Positions 20,760-31,251 of a stretch of DNA of 64,000 nt are shown here, in pieces. A model generated the notes under the pieces. It was not told the origin of the DNA. It did no database searches and saw only the letters and a list, made by a program, of their open reading frames with translations. Every line of letters begins with the position of its first letter. Position 1 is the stretch's first letter. This DNA is from an uncultured bacterium (GTDB lineage: Bacteria > Hinthialibacterota > Hinthialibacteria > Hinthialibacterales > Hinthialibacteraceae), in NCBI GenBank assembly GCA_964419335.1, contig CAYQOX010000027.1, forward strand, positions 180 to 64,179, read 5' to 3'. A program made the translations under genes and the position numbers.

Positions 20760-21764
20760 ATGCATCCACTGGAAAGAATTCTAAACGAAGCCAAAAAAAA
20801 CCCCATGCGTATCGTTCTTCCTGAAGCCACCGATCCTCGTATGCTGGAAGCCGCGCGACGAGCCGCCGATGAGAAAATCGCTCACGTGATTCTCATCAGC
20901 CCACAAGCAGAAATCGAAACGGCTGCCAAAGAATCTGGGACCCACCTTGATCGCCTCACGATTGTCGATCAAAGCCGCGATGAGAGAATCCAAGATTGGT
21001 CTGCTTACTTCGCTGAAAAACGCAAGCACAAAGGATTGACCGTGGACCAAGCTGAACAAACACTGCGTGATCCTCTCTTCTTCGGAGCCATGATGGTACA
21101 CAAAGATGCAGCCGACGGCATGGTTGCTGGTGCCGTCAACACCACCGGAAACGTCATCCGATCAGCCCTCCAAATCGTTGGCGTCGAACCCGGCATCGGC
21201 ACCGTTTCTTCCTGCTTCATGATGATCGTTCCCGATTGCCCTTTTGGCGTTAATGGCACCTTGATGTATGGCGATTGCGGCGTGGTTCCCGATCCGAACC
21301 CAGAACAACTCGCCGACATCGCCATCTCAACCGCCGGTTCCATGAAAAATCTCGTGGGAGCCGAAGCGATTGTCGCCATGCTTTCTTTCTCCACCATGGG
21401 CAGCGCTTCTCACCCCATCGTGGAGAAAGTCATCGAAGCCACAAAAATCGCCAAGGAAAAACGCCCCGATCTCCGTATCGAAGGCGAACTCCAAGCCGAT
21501 GCCGCCCTGATTGAGTCTATCGGAAAAAAGAAAGCCCCAGAGAGCACCGTTGCCGGCCAAGCCAATACCCTCATCTTCCCCGATCTTAATGCCGGCAATA
21601 TTGCTTATAAACTCACTGAACGATTGGCAAAAGCCGAAGCCTATGGGCCTTTGTTACAAGGCTTGGCACAGCCCATCAACGACTTGTCACGCGGGTGCAG
21701 CGCAAACGATATCTTCAACACCATCGCGATCACCTGTGTACAAGCCCAGGCAGCAAAAAACTAA
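20760..21764 (+). CDS. pta: Phosphate acetyltransferase
   Basis: IVLPE, GELQADAA, FPDLNAGNIAYK, PINDLSRG. Confidence 0.96.
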   Translation: MHPLERILNEAKKNPMRIVLPEATDPRMLEAARRAADEKIAHVILISPQAEIETAAKESGTHLDRLTIVDQSRDERIQDWSAYFAEKRKHKGLTVDQAEQTLRDPLFFGAMMVHKDAADGMVAGAVNTTGNVIRSALQIVGVEPGIGTVSSCFMMIVPDCPFGVNGTLMYGDCGVVPDPNPEQLADIAISTAGSMKNLVGAEAIVAMLSFSTMGSASHPIVEKVIEATKIAKEKRPDLRIEGELQADAALIESIGKKKAPESTVAGQANTLIFPDLNAGNIAYKLTERLAKAEAYGPLLQGLAQPINDLSRGCSANDIFNTIAITCVQAQAAKN

Positions 21765-21847
21765 GCGAATCAAATAGGTATCGTTCGGCGTCGATACGAT
21801 AAATGAACCCATAGAAATTACTTGCATCTACCTGAGAGGAAAACATC

Positions 21848-23107
21848 ATGAAAGTTCTTGTCTTGAATAGCGGTAGCTCATCGGTAAAATTTCAACTCAT
21901 TGAAACCGACTTGGATCGAATTAAAAATCAAAACGAAGTCGTTTTAGCACGCGGGATGGTCGAAAAGATCGGGCTCTCTCCCGCGATCCTGCGCTATCAA
22001 TTTCTTAACGAAAATCCCATCCTTCTTCCTGAGAAAAAAGACTCTCTCCCCCCAGAAACCAAAGAACCGATCGAAATCTTAGACCACGGCGAAGCCATTA
22101 ATTATGCTCTCAAAGCCTTAACCAATCCCCAAAAAGGAGTCGTCTCTTCTCCCAAAGAAATCGAAGCCGTGGGTCACCGCATCGTCCACGGCGGAGAACG
22201 CTTCCAACAATCCGTGGTTATCGATGACGAGGTGGTCAGCGGGATCCAAGCCTGCGTTGAATTCGCCCCGCTCCACAATCCCCATAACTTGAACGGCTAT
22301 TTCGCCACTCGCGAGATTCTTTCGCATTGCCCTCACGTTGCTATTTTCGATACCGCTTTTCACCAAACCATGCCGCCTAAAGCCTATCTCTATGGACTTC
22401 CATATTCGATTTATAAAAAACATGGGATTCGCCGGTACGGTTTTCATGGCATCTCTCACCGCTACGTCTCCTACCGCTTGGGACAATTGGTCGGCATCAC
22501 CCGTGACCACCTTCGTATTATCACCTGCCATTTAGGGAATGGTTGCAGCGTTACCGCCCTGGATCATGGAAAATCCATCGACCATTCCATGGGCTTCACG
22601 CCTCTCGAAGGTCTCCTCATGGGCACCCGCACCGGCGATATGGATCCCTCCATCATTCTCACCCTTATCGCCAAAGAAGAACTTACCATCAACGAAGCCA
22701 ATAACCTCATGAACAAACATTCCGGCCTCGTGGGAGTTGCAGGCGTTTCCAGCGATATGCGGGAAATTCAAATCGCCGCGAAAGACGGCAATGAACGCTG
22801 CCAAATCGCCATCAATATGTTCACCTACCGCCTGAAAAAATACATCTCCGCTTACGCCGGAGCGATGGGGGGCGTCGATCATATCATCTTCACCGGAGGC
22901 ATTGGCGAAAACTCCACGGAAATACGAGCCCTGAGCTGTGAAAACCTTGAGTTCATGGGCATCGAAATCGATGAAGAACGAAATAATAACTGCGCTGGGC
23001 GGGAAGGCAAAATTTCCCCTGATTCTGCCAAAGTGGGGATTTGGGCGATACCCACCAACGAAGAACTCGTCTTCGCCCGCGATACCGTACGTTGCATTCT
23101 TCAATAA
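21848..23107 (+). CDS. ackA: Acetate kinase
   Basis: VLNSGSSSVK, GHRIVHGG, APLHNP, FDTAFH, HLGNG, FTGGIGEN, PTNEE. Confidence 0.97.
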   Translation: MKVLVLNSGSSSVKFQLIETDLDRIKNQNEVVLARGMVEKIGLSPAILRYQFLNENPILLPEKKDSLPPETKEPIEILDHGEAINYALKALTNPQKGVVSSPKEIEAVGHRIVHGGERFQQSVVIDDEVVSGIQACVEFAPLHNPHNLNGYFATREILSHCPHVAIFDTAFHQTMPPKAYLYGLPYSIYKKHGIRRYGFHGISHRYVSYRLGQLVGITRDHLRIITCHLGNGCSVTALDHGKSIDHSMGFTPLEGLLMGTRTGDMDPSIILTLIAKEELTINEANNLMNKHSGLVGVAGVSSDMREIQIAAKDGNERCQIAINMFTYRLKKYISAYAGAMGGVDHIIFTGGIGENSTEIRALSCENLEFMGIEIDEERNNNCAGREGKISPDSAKVGIWAIPTNEELVFARDTVRCILQ

Positions 23108-23155
23108 TATTGAAGACAATGAACCGATATTTAAACTTTAACAGGAGATTCGCGA

Positions 23156-24574
23156 ATGATGGTTCAACGTTTTTTACTTACCGGTTTTCTTTTCACGGCG
23201 TTCTCTTTTTCGGTTTTCTCTCAATCTGAAATCACCGAAAAACCTTTATCAGGACCTTGCGTGGAATTCTCTCATGGGAAACTGGAAGTCTCAGAAAATG
23301 AACGCTTTCTTCAACATGATGATGGGACTCCCTTCTTTTATCTTGGAGATACCGCTTGGGAACTGTTTCACCGCCTAGATCGAGAAGAAGCGGATAAATA
23401 TCTGGAAAATCGGCGGCAAAAAGGGATTAATGTCATCCAAGCAGTCGTACTGGCCGAATTGGATGGCTTAAACCAGCCCAACCCCTACAACCAAACCCCA
23501 TTAATTGATAACGATCCTGCTAAACCCAACGATAAATACTTCGAACATGTCGATTACATTGTAGAGAAAGCCGCCGAAAAAGGCCTGTATATCGGTATGC
23601 TTCCTACCTGGGGAGATAAAGTCAACAAAAAATGGGGGGTTGGACCGGTCGTCTTCAATAAAACCAACGCCGAAAAATACGGTCGCTACCTGGGAAAACG
23701 TTACCAAGACCATCCCAATATCATTTGGCTCCTCGGCGGGGATCGCGTACCGGAAGACACCGAAGATATTTGGCGCTCCATGGCCAAAGGCATTCTCGCC
23801 CACGATACCAACCACCTTATGACCTATCATCCCCAAGGGGGACGCTCAAGTTCCAAATGGTTCCATAACGATGATTGGCTCGATTTCAATATGCTGCAAT
23901 CCGGACATAGCCGTTACAACAATCCCAACTATCAACAAATTCAGCGGGATTACAACAAAACCCCAGTAAAACCATGCATGGATGGCGAACCCTGTTATGA
24001 AAACCATCCAGTCGACTGGAATCCAGAAAAAGGGTGGTTCGATGAATACGACGTTCGCAAAGCCTGTTATTGGGCACTCTTCGCCGGCGCCCACGGCCAT
24101 ACCTACGGCTGCCACGATATCTGGCAAATGATGGCGCCTGGCCGCCAGCCGATTTCATCCGCCCGTAATCACTGGGACGAAGTCCTCAATCTTCCCGGGG
24201 CATGGGATATGATGCACGCCAAACATCTCCTTCTTTCCCGTCCCTTTTTCAACCGGGTGCCGGATCAATCTCTGATCGCCGACGGCCAGGGAGAAGGAAC
24301 CCACCATGTCCAAGCCACTCGTGGCGATGATTATGCGTTTATCTATATCCCCACGGGACGAAACATCAAAATCAACCTGGGCAAAATTTCGGGAGACACT
24401 GTAACAGCCTGGTGGTATGATCCTCGTACCGGCGAAGCCGAAAAAATCGGAGAAAAAGAGAATCAAGGCACCCTGGAAGTCGATCCTCCAGGAGAACCAG
24501 GGAAGTACAATGACTGGGTCCTAGTCCTAGATGATGATTCCAAGAAATTTCCACCACCAGGACAACTAAAATAA
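23156..24574 (+). CDS. GH140 (apiosidase-like; DUF4038 plus putative collagen-binding domain) glycoside hydrolase
   Basis: PFFYLGDTAWELF, MLPTWG, QSGH, DGEPCYE, GHTYG, WYDPRTG, DWVLVL; signal peptide. Confidence 0.85.
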   Translation: MMVQRFLLTGFLFTAFSFSVFSQSEITEKPLSGPCVEFSHGKLEVSENERFLQHDDGTPFFYLGDTAWELFHRLDREEADKYLENRRQKGINVIQAVVLAELDGLNQPNPYNQTPLIDNDPAKPNDKYFEHVDYIVEKAAEKGLYIGMLPTWGDKVNKKWGVGPVVFNKTNAEKYGRYLGKRYQDHPNIIWLLGGDRVPEDTEDIWRSMAKGILAHDTNHLMTYHPQGGRSSSKWFHNDDWLDFNMLQSGHSRYNNPNYQQIQRDYNKTPVKPCMDGEPCYENHPVDWNPEKGWFDEYDVRKACYWALFAGAHGHTYGCHDIWQMMAPGRQPISSARNHWDEVLNLPGAWDMMHAKHLLLSRPFFNRVPDQSLIADGQGEGTHHVQATRGDDYAFIYIPTGRNIKINLGKISGDTVTAWWYDPRTGEAEKIGEKENQGTLEVDPPGEPGKYNDWVLVLDDDSKKFPPPGQLK

Positions 24575-24599
24575 TTTGGCGAGATTCAATCATTCAAAC

Positions 24600-24631
24600 A
24601 AAAGGGGGGATGCACAAATCCCCCCTCTTTT
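24600..24631. terminator. Bidirectional rho-independent terminator
   Basis: AAAAGGGGGGAT-gcacaa-ATCCCCCCTCTTTT between convergent genes. Confidence 0.85.
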
Positions 24632-24665
24632 CTTGAAGACTTTTCTCTTGAAGCTCCTTTTCAAC

Positions 24666-25745
24666 TTAATAAATCGACCACGATCCAATCCGGCTGCCCC
24701 CTATCGCCGGAGGTTCATTGGCATAAAGTCCAAAAATATGGTCAACATTTACAGCGAAAGCCTCCCCTTCCAAGGAAGCATCCATCATCATTCCCACTTC
24801 TTCCAATCCATCCTCGCCGAGTTCATACCAATAAATTTCACTCCATCCACCCTCAGCATGGTTGGTAATTAATAAATCCACATTCTCATCTCCATCGACC
24901 GAAGCAACGGTCATACCTTCCGCACCACTCCCGGTTTCACGCAGAAGGATTTCTTGCAATGAATCGGCATATTCTCCGGAAGACGTTTGCTCCAATAGAT
25001 AAAGAACGTTCGAGGTGACATCGCCATAAAACATCTTGCTAAGCACAAAATCACGATCTCCATCCTGGTCATAATCCACCGCGGCAACACCATTCAGCCC
25101 CCCTAAGTCAGGATAATCCGCTCCCCAATCCAAATCCTGGGAATACACTTCCGTCGGCTCGCTAATCACAGAGAGTGTACCATCCTCTTCTACACGCAAT
25201 TCTTGATCATAGAGGATCCCGACTGATGTCACATCGCTGTCTTCCAACCAGACCATTCTCAGTTGTCCATCCGACCAGTAGACATCCACGCCTAAGGGGC
25301 TAATATCCGCAGGCGTCGTATGGATGGGATCTTGCACAACCTCCCAATTTCCTTCGCCATTTAATCGCCGATGCTGAAACTCGGTTCCTTCACTAGGAAA
25401 ATGACTCTCCCCTTTGGAAACCGCAAGAATCGCATGCGGTTCAGATTCTCCTTCCAAATAAAAGAGATCAATTCCCATATCATAAATAGGACCGGAATAA
25501 TCTTCGTTCATAATCAGCGGCTCTTCTAAGTATTCTTGCGTCAGCTCCCACCATCCATTACTTTCCTCATAGACCCATCTCATAAGGCTATAACCAGACT
25601 CCGGAGATTCACTCCCCCAATTGCTCGTCCACATACTATACCCATCGGGTATCCCTTCGACATATTCTTGACTACTTACAGAAAGACCCAAAAACATACT
25701 CATCACGAAAAAGACACTGACCTTCTTCAAAATGTTTTGACGCAT
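24666..25745 (-). CDS. Secreted acidic hypothetical protein with FG-GAP/VCBS-like Ca-binding motifs
   Basis: Signal peptide; DYDQDGDRD and SVDGDENVDL motifs; RBS GGAG/GAGG. Confidence 0.7.
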   Translation of the reverse strand: MRQNILKKVSVFFVMSMFLGLSVSSQEYVEGIPDGYSMWTSNWGSESPESGYSLMRWVYEESNGWWELTQEYLEEPLIMNEDYSGPIYDMGIDLFYLEGESEPHAILAVSKGESHFPSEGTEFQHRRLNGEGNWEVVQDPIHTTPADISPLGVDVYWSDGQLRMVWLEDSDVTSVGILYDQELRVEEDGTLSVISEPTEVYSQDLDWGADYPDLGGLNGVAAVDYDQDGDRDFVLSKMFYGDVTSNVLYLLEQTSSGEYADSLQEILLRETGSGAEGMTVASVDGDENVDLLITNHAEGGWSEIYWYELGEDGLEEVGMMMDASLEGEAFAVNVDHIFGLYANEPPAIGGSRIGSWSIY

Positions 25746-25931
25746 CCTCTCATCTCCTTTTACACTTAGAATTGTTTTACTTCTTCCTTCTCACTCCAAT
25801 AAGTGTAAAACCAATATTATTCACCTCCTTACATTGAATAGATATATATACAATTGCGAAATAAATTTATCATAGGTCTCCACATAATTCAAATGAATTT
25901 ATAAAAATTTATTTCCCAATGAATAAAACAC

Positions 25932-25964
25932 AAAAAAAGGGTGGAACCTTTCGCTCCACCCTCT
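25932..25964 (-). terminator. Rho-independent terminator after the EF-G paralogue
   Basis: Minus strand AGGGTGGAGC-gaaag-GTTCCACCC followed by T7. Confidence 0.85.
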
Positions 25965-25993
25965 CGAATCGATGTCCTATGTGACTCCGAAGA

Positions 25994-28084
25994 TTATTCT
26001 TCTTCGCCTTCTTCCACCTTGCTTGCCTCGATAACCTTTTGCTCTAATTCCTTAGGTACAGGGTCATAATGCGAAAATTCCATTTCGAAACTTCCACGCC
26101 CTTGTGAAATGGATCGTAAATCTATGGAATAGGTGTACATCTCCGCCAAAGGCACCTGAGCCCGAATGATCTGCTTTTTGTTGATCGCATCCATACCCAT
26201 GACGCGTCCCCGCCGCGAATTAAGATCTCCCATCACATCCCCCATATAGGCTTCAGGAACCGTCACTTTAACATTCATAATCGGTTCGAGCAAAATGGGA
26301 TTGCAATTTTCGCGGGCGACTTGCCGAAAACACATCGAACCCGCAATTTTGAACGCCATTTCTGACGAGTCCACGTCATGATATTGCCCATCAAAACATT
26401 CCACGGATACATCCACTACTGGATAACCTGCGAGAATGCCGCGTTCCATGGCATCCAATACTCCTTTCTCTACCGCGGGAATAAATTTCGTGGGGATCGC
26501 ACCACCGAAAATACTGTTGATAAACTCATAGTGTTCACCACGCTCCATCGGTTTAAGACGCAAGTGAACTTCCCCAAACTGCCCACGTCCGCCGGATTGT
26601 TTCTTATGACGAAAACGGCCTTCCCCTTGTTTTGTAATGGTCTCGCGATAGGCCACTTTAGGCGTAGTAAACTCCGCATTCAGTTTATATTGATTTTTGA
26701 GACGTTGAGAAATCAATTCCACCTGCATCGATCCCATTGCGGTAAGAACCGTTTCCTTGGTCTCCGGATTTCGGTTGGCTTGAATCGTGGGGTCGCCTGC
26801 GATAATCTTATGCACCGCACCGCCCACCTTATCTTCATCATTTTTATCGGCTGCATGAACCGCCATATGGATGGGAGGCTGAGGATACTCTAAAGGAGCC
26901 ACAATAAAATCTAATGTTCCATTGGAAAGCGTATCGTTGGTTTCGAAATCATCCACTTTCGATACGGCAACAATATCCCCAACTTCTGCACGACTAACCG
27001 TAGTATGTTTCTTTCCATTGACAGAGAGAACATGTCCTACCCGCGCTTTTTCTTGTTTATTAATAATGTTCCAATCCGATTCCCCTTCTATCGTTCCTGA
27101 GAAAATCCGAATGAAAGAGGTCTTTCCCGCGAAGGGATCCATAAAACTTTTGAAGACGAATCCCACCCCTTGACCATCTTCTTTTATTTCTTGTTGCAAA
27201 ATTTCCTCACCATCCAACTTTTTGGCCGGGAAGGTTTTACGATCCATCGGTGCGGGAATATAATTGATCAAGCCATCCATAAGGCTTTCAATGCCAATAC
27301 AACGCGTCGCTGCAGTAGCAAAAATCGGAACTACAGAACCAGCTAAAGCCCCCTCACGTAACCCTTGGCGTATTTCATCCAGAGGAATTTTTTCATCTTC
27401 CAAATAGCGCATCATCAATTCTTCATCGGTAGAAACCGCCGATTCGGTCATTTTTTGTTCGAATTCTTCCACTTCCGCGCGCAGATCCTCCGGAATATTC
27501 TCTTCTTTACTGACTTTTCCCCTCTCATCAAAGCTCAGTACTTTATTTTTAAGCAGATCAATGACTCCTTTAAAATGATCTTCACTCCCCCAAGGCAAGC
27601 GCACCGGACAAACTTGAGCCCCAAAAAAATCCTCTAATGATTTAACACTTGCCGCAAAATCGGCTCGTTCGCGATCCATCCGATTGACCACCACCGCCCG
27701 CGGCATTTGGTATTCTTCCAAAAATTCCCAGATTTTCTCTAATTCCACTTCCACCCCGCTTTGGCCATTCAACACAACCAAAGCTCCATCAGCTGCATGC
27801 AAGGCACCCTTAATATCCCCGACAAAATCAGAATACCCTGGAGTATCGATAAAATTCAATTCATGCCCTTTGTAACTGCAATGGATTAACTTAGAAGTGA
27901 GAGTATGTTTCTTTTCTTTTTCTTCATCGAGGTAATCACAGAAAGTATTTTTGTCATCGATTTTACCCAGGCGATCAATTTGTCCAGTAAAATAAAGAAT
28001 CGCTTCCATGATCGATGTTTTTCCGGATCCATGATGTCCTACAACCGCAATATTACGTTTTTTACCAACCTCGACTTGCTTCAT
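25994..28084 (-). CDS. fusA: Elongation factor G paralogue (EF-G2/EF-G II type)
   Basis: GHHGSGKT, DTPG, KKQSGGRGQFG, YHDVDSSEMAF; stand-alone gene outside the str operon. Confidence 0.9.
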   Translation of the reverse strand: MKQVEVGKKRNIAVVGHHGSGKTSIMEAILYFTGQIDRLGKIDDKNTFCDYLDEEKEKKHTLTSKLIHCSYKGHELNFIDTPGYSDFVGDIKGALHAADGALVVLNGQSGVEVELEKIWEFLEEYQMPRAVVVNRMDRERADFAASVKSLEDFFGAQVCPVRLPWGSEDHFKGVIDLLKNKVLSFDERGKVSKEENIPEDLRAEVEEFEQKMTESAVSTDEELMMRYLEDEKIPLDEIRQGLREGALAGSVVPIFATAATRCIGIESLMDGLINYIPAPMDRKTFPAKKLDGEEILQQEIKEDGQGVGFVFKSFMDPFAGKTSFIRIFSGTIEGESDWNIINKQEKARVGHVLSVNGKKHTTVSRAEVGDIVAVSKVDDFETNDTLSNGTLDFIVAPLEYPQPPIHMAVHAADKNDEDKVGGAVHKIIAGDPTIQANRNPETKETVLTAMGSMQVELISQRLKNQYKLNAEFTTPKVAYRETITKQGEGRFRHKKQSGGRGQFGEVHLRLKPMERGEHYEFINSIFGGAIPTKFIPAVEKGVLDAMERGILAGYPVVDVSVECFDGQYHDVDSSEMAFKIAGSMCFRQVARENCNPILLEPIMNVKVTVPEAYMGDVMGDLNSRRGRVMGMDAINKKQIIRAQVPLAEMYTYSIDLRSISQGRGSFEMEFSHYDPVPKELEQKVIEASKVEEGEEE

Positions 28085-28441
28085 CGACTTCGCTCCTTAC
28101 CGCATTTAAATAATTAAAAAACAGGCTTTTCACGTATGCGATTTTCTCAAACTCAGCGTGTCTTCCTGTTTTTGATAACGGTGTGTCTCTTCGCCTTTCG
28201 CAATGACACTTGTTATTCTTTTTTGACTGCGAACAATATTTATTAAAAAAATATTATGAGACTACATAGGCTATCAAAGGGGTGTGTGTGAAACAAGGGA
28301 CGGAAACCCCTTTCTTGCCAGAATCGGAATGACCACCATGATTCATCCAAACCTCATTCTTCCCAAAAAAATGCCTGCTCCCTCGCAAAGAAGGAACAGG
28401 CATTTGCATTCTTCAAACCCACCTTATGTTTTTGTTAATTT

Positions 28442-30073
28442 TTACTCGATCAAGGATAGAATCGATTCGCGTTGAATCCGTTGGATCGTGAAGTTATCCA
28501 GCTCAATTTGCACGAATGCCTCCGTTGGATTCACCATTTGAATGACTGGATACAGGACCCCATCAGCCGCTTTTCCTATCACCTCGACCCATCCAAAGTG
28601 ATGTTCATAGCGATGGAGATTCTTCTGCAATGTCACATCAATCGAACCATCGATCTGCGATTCTGCCATCGTCATAGCCTCCGCGTTTAATCCCCCCAAA
28701 CCAAATTGAATACCGCCGTGGTTCGTTCGTACCGCAATCCGCATAAAAGCATAGTCTCGTTCCAATTGGAAAGGCGAGGCATAGAAAAGTACGCCTTCAC
28801 CTGCATCCAAGCCCACTTTTATACCTTGGCCATCAGAAAAAACTTCCTCTCCATCTTCTACCTCAATTTCACTCAGTTTCACTTCTCCCAAGGGATATTC
28901 ACCCTCAGAACCAGGCGAAACCGGTGAAAGAGAGGTCTCCTCAATATCCTCTTCATTAAAAGTATAAACCATAGATCTAGAACTTTCTTGACCACTCTCC
29001 TTTTCACGATCACCTACCGGAAGAGTCCCACTATAATATCGCTCTCCATTTAACGTCCCAATGACCTCATGCAAACCAGCAGGGAAACTTTCTCTCCCCA
29101 CCAGTTCTCGAAACGGTTCTAAAACCGGAAGCACCACGGATTCAGTCTGGTAGATCTCAACATCAACCATCAGGTGTTCGGGAATAGAGTCACTGGTATG
29201 CAATTCTTTCGACACGATTTTAAATCCCGACGATGGATAAGTCCCGGTGATATACACTGAGAACGTCTCACCTGCTTGAGGATTTTCCGGCACGATCTCT
29301 ATATCCGGATCAAACGCTTCAGGAGGCAGAGGATCTTCAGGGCTCTTAAACTGCAGCGTTTCCCGCAAAAGGGTTTTTCCGTTCACGATCAGGGTTAGAT
29401 CATGTTTTAATCCGCTGAGGGTTACGGTTCCCATACGTTCGACAAATGGAGTAATGACCTGCGGCTGCGGCGATTCCGGCCGTTTAATATCGACGGAAAC
29501 AATCACTTGCTCGGGATACGATTCAGCAATGCTAACTTGGGTCGCCTTAAACACATAACCCGGCGTGGGAAATTCACCCGCGAAGTAAATTGTGATTTCT
29601 TCTCCTACATAGGGCTCTTCAGGCTCTATTTTAATACGGGGATTATAGATCAACACCGAGTCTTGATCCTTCTCTTCTGGGATCGTAAAGCGGGTATCCG
29701 CCACTTCCTCGCGATTCACAAACAAAGAAGCCGTGTAATCTCCCGCTTTTAACGGAGCCACCAGGAGGCGTTCCTCCACCGGCACCAAGACCGTGGCACC
29801 AAACTCATCCGTCTTTTCCACGGTCATATAGATATTCACCTGATCCGCTTCGACCGTATACGTCACCTCAGAAACTGCGTAATTTGTCTGCGGTAAAAAC
29901 CCTGTAATCTCAAAAAGTGCACTTTTCTCTTTGTATTCAGCATCCACTTTTAACTCAGGCTCATGGATATGAACACCCTTCTCATCCAACCCATCTTGGG
30001 CGAGTCCCGTCGAACCGACCATCATTAGAAAAAGTAACCCAATGAGTATAATGCGTTTTTCGTTGACCATCAT
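28442..30073 (-). CDS. Secreted hypothetical protein with three tandem Ig-like repeats and a distinct C-terminal domain
   Basis: Signal peptide from MMVNEKR; three similar units containing GFLPQTNY / GEFPTPGY / GTYPSSGF. Confidence 0.7.
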   Translation of the reverse strand: MMVNEKRIILIGLLFLMMVGSTGLAQDGLDEKGVHIHEPELKVDAEYKEKSALFEITGFLPQTNYAVSEVTYTVEADQVNIYMTVEKTDEFGATVLVPVEERLLVAPLKAGDYTASLFVNREEVADTRFTIPEEKDQDSVLIYNPRIKIEPEEPYVGEEITIYFAGEFPTPGYVFKATQVSIAESYPEQVIVSVDIKRPESPQPQVITPFVERMGTVTLSGLKHDLTLIVNGKTLLRETLQFKSPEDPLPPEAFDPDIEIVPENPQAGETFSVYITGTYPSSGFKIVSKELHTSDSIPEHLMVDVEIYQTESVVLPVLEPFRELVGRESFPAGLHEVIGTLNGERYYSGTLPVGDREKESGQESSRSMVYTFNEEDIEETSLSPVSPGSEGEYPLGEVKLSEIEVEDGEEVFSDGQGIKVGLDAGEGVLFYASPFQLERDYAFMRIAVRTNHGGIQFGLGGLNAEAMTMAESQIDGSIDVTLQKNLHRYEHHFGWVEVIGKAADGVLYPVIQMVNPTEAFVQIELDNFTIQRIQRESILSLIE

Positions 30074-30279
30074 AACCGCTTCACTCCAATCTATCGGTTT
30101 TGGGGTTTCATAAAAACCCAATTTCAATCAGCCTTCACTTAGATATATCCAGATTGGAGGAAAAATATTTCAAAAAATTTATTTTTTTACGCAAAAAAGA
30201 ACTTCATTGCCCCCACCCAACCGCGAGCGACGATAAAATATTGTAATAAATTGATCCAATTACGCCTTCTATGAGCCTA

Positions 30280-31032
30280 TTAAGGAAGTTCCCGAATTTG
30301 AATATTTTTAAACTCAATCGGCGAGCCTTCCGATTCTAAACAAATATAACCCGACGCAGGTTCTGCGTTCCTCCCCCCAGAAACTTCCTCGCCATTGACC
30401 CACAGCCGAACTTCACCATTGATACATCGAACATAATAGTGATTCCATTCTCCCACCCCTTTGCTAAGATTCTTTCGTGGAAAACTGCGGGATCCATTGG
30501 GCGATGTTGGAGGAAAAGGATCGAGCTTGGATTTCCCCACCGCAAAAACATCGCCATTGGTTGTAAACCAATCGGGTTTTTTCTCTTGTTGTTCTTCATA
30601 ACGAGTCGCGTAGCCATGATCGAGCATTTGAAACTCAATCCCATAACTCGGTAATTTCCCCGGGGGTAAATCCTCAAGCCCTTTCATGGGTGCCCAAGCA
30701 AAAAATCCAGAATTCCCGGCGGATTTTAAATGACGCCATTCAACCATAAATTCAAAATTGGTGTATTCTTTTTTGGAACGCATAACCCCTATGGGCTGAC
30801 CACTACATAAGAGAATCTCCTCTTTCCAGGTCCAGGTATCTTCTTCCCCGTTCACCATAACAAAATCATCCTCCCACAGGGATTCCCAACCCGGCTCACT
30901 TCCATCAAGACACGCTTTGGGCAAAGAGATTTCTTCTTCTGTTTGCCCCACATGAAAGAAAACCGAGACGACTATAAAGAAAATCCCAACCGTCCACAAG
31001 AAATAATATCGCTTCATCGAATACCTCCACAA
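30280..31032 (-). CDS. DUF1080 (3-keto-disaccharide hydrolase-like) protein
   Basis: EYTNFEFMVEWR...GNSG, GEWNHY, WVNGEEV, GYICLESEGSPIEFKNI. Confidence 0.88.
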   Translation of the reverse strand: MWRYSMKRYYFLWTVGIFFIVVSVFFHVGQTEEEISLPKACLDGSEPGWESLWEDDFVMVNGEEDTWTWKEEILLCSGQPIGVMRSKKEYTNFEFMVEWRHLKSAGNSGFFAWAPMKGLEDLPPGKLPSYGIEFQMLDHGYATRYEEQQEKKPDWFTTNGDVFAVGKSKLDPFPPTSPNGSRSFPRKNLSKGVGEWNHYYVRCINGEVRLWVNGEEVSGGRNAEPASGYICLESEGSPIEFKNIQIRELP

Positions 31033-31251
31033 ATCTTTTCTTACCAGCTTCTCGCAATAAAAATCATAGGTATCATACCATATTTCCTCTTACTTGTTCC
31101 CCCCTCTTTTTGCGCAATTTCTTTTTATCTAAGAAAAAAACGAAAGCTTGATCACAAACCCTGGAGACCTGACTCACGGTTTGTTAGACTGGAAATCTCT
31201 GTCACTGGAAAACCATTCTATAAAAACGAAATAAGAAAAGGAGCCAGCAAA

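Noticed and set aside
30943-31251. N-terminal extension of the MFS ORF
   Set aside because: It overlaps the divergent DUF1080 gene, and the RBS supports ATG 31252.
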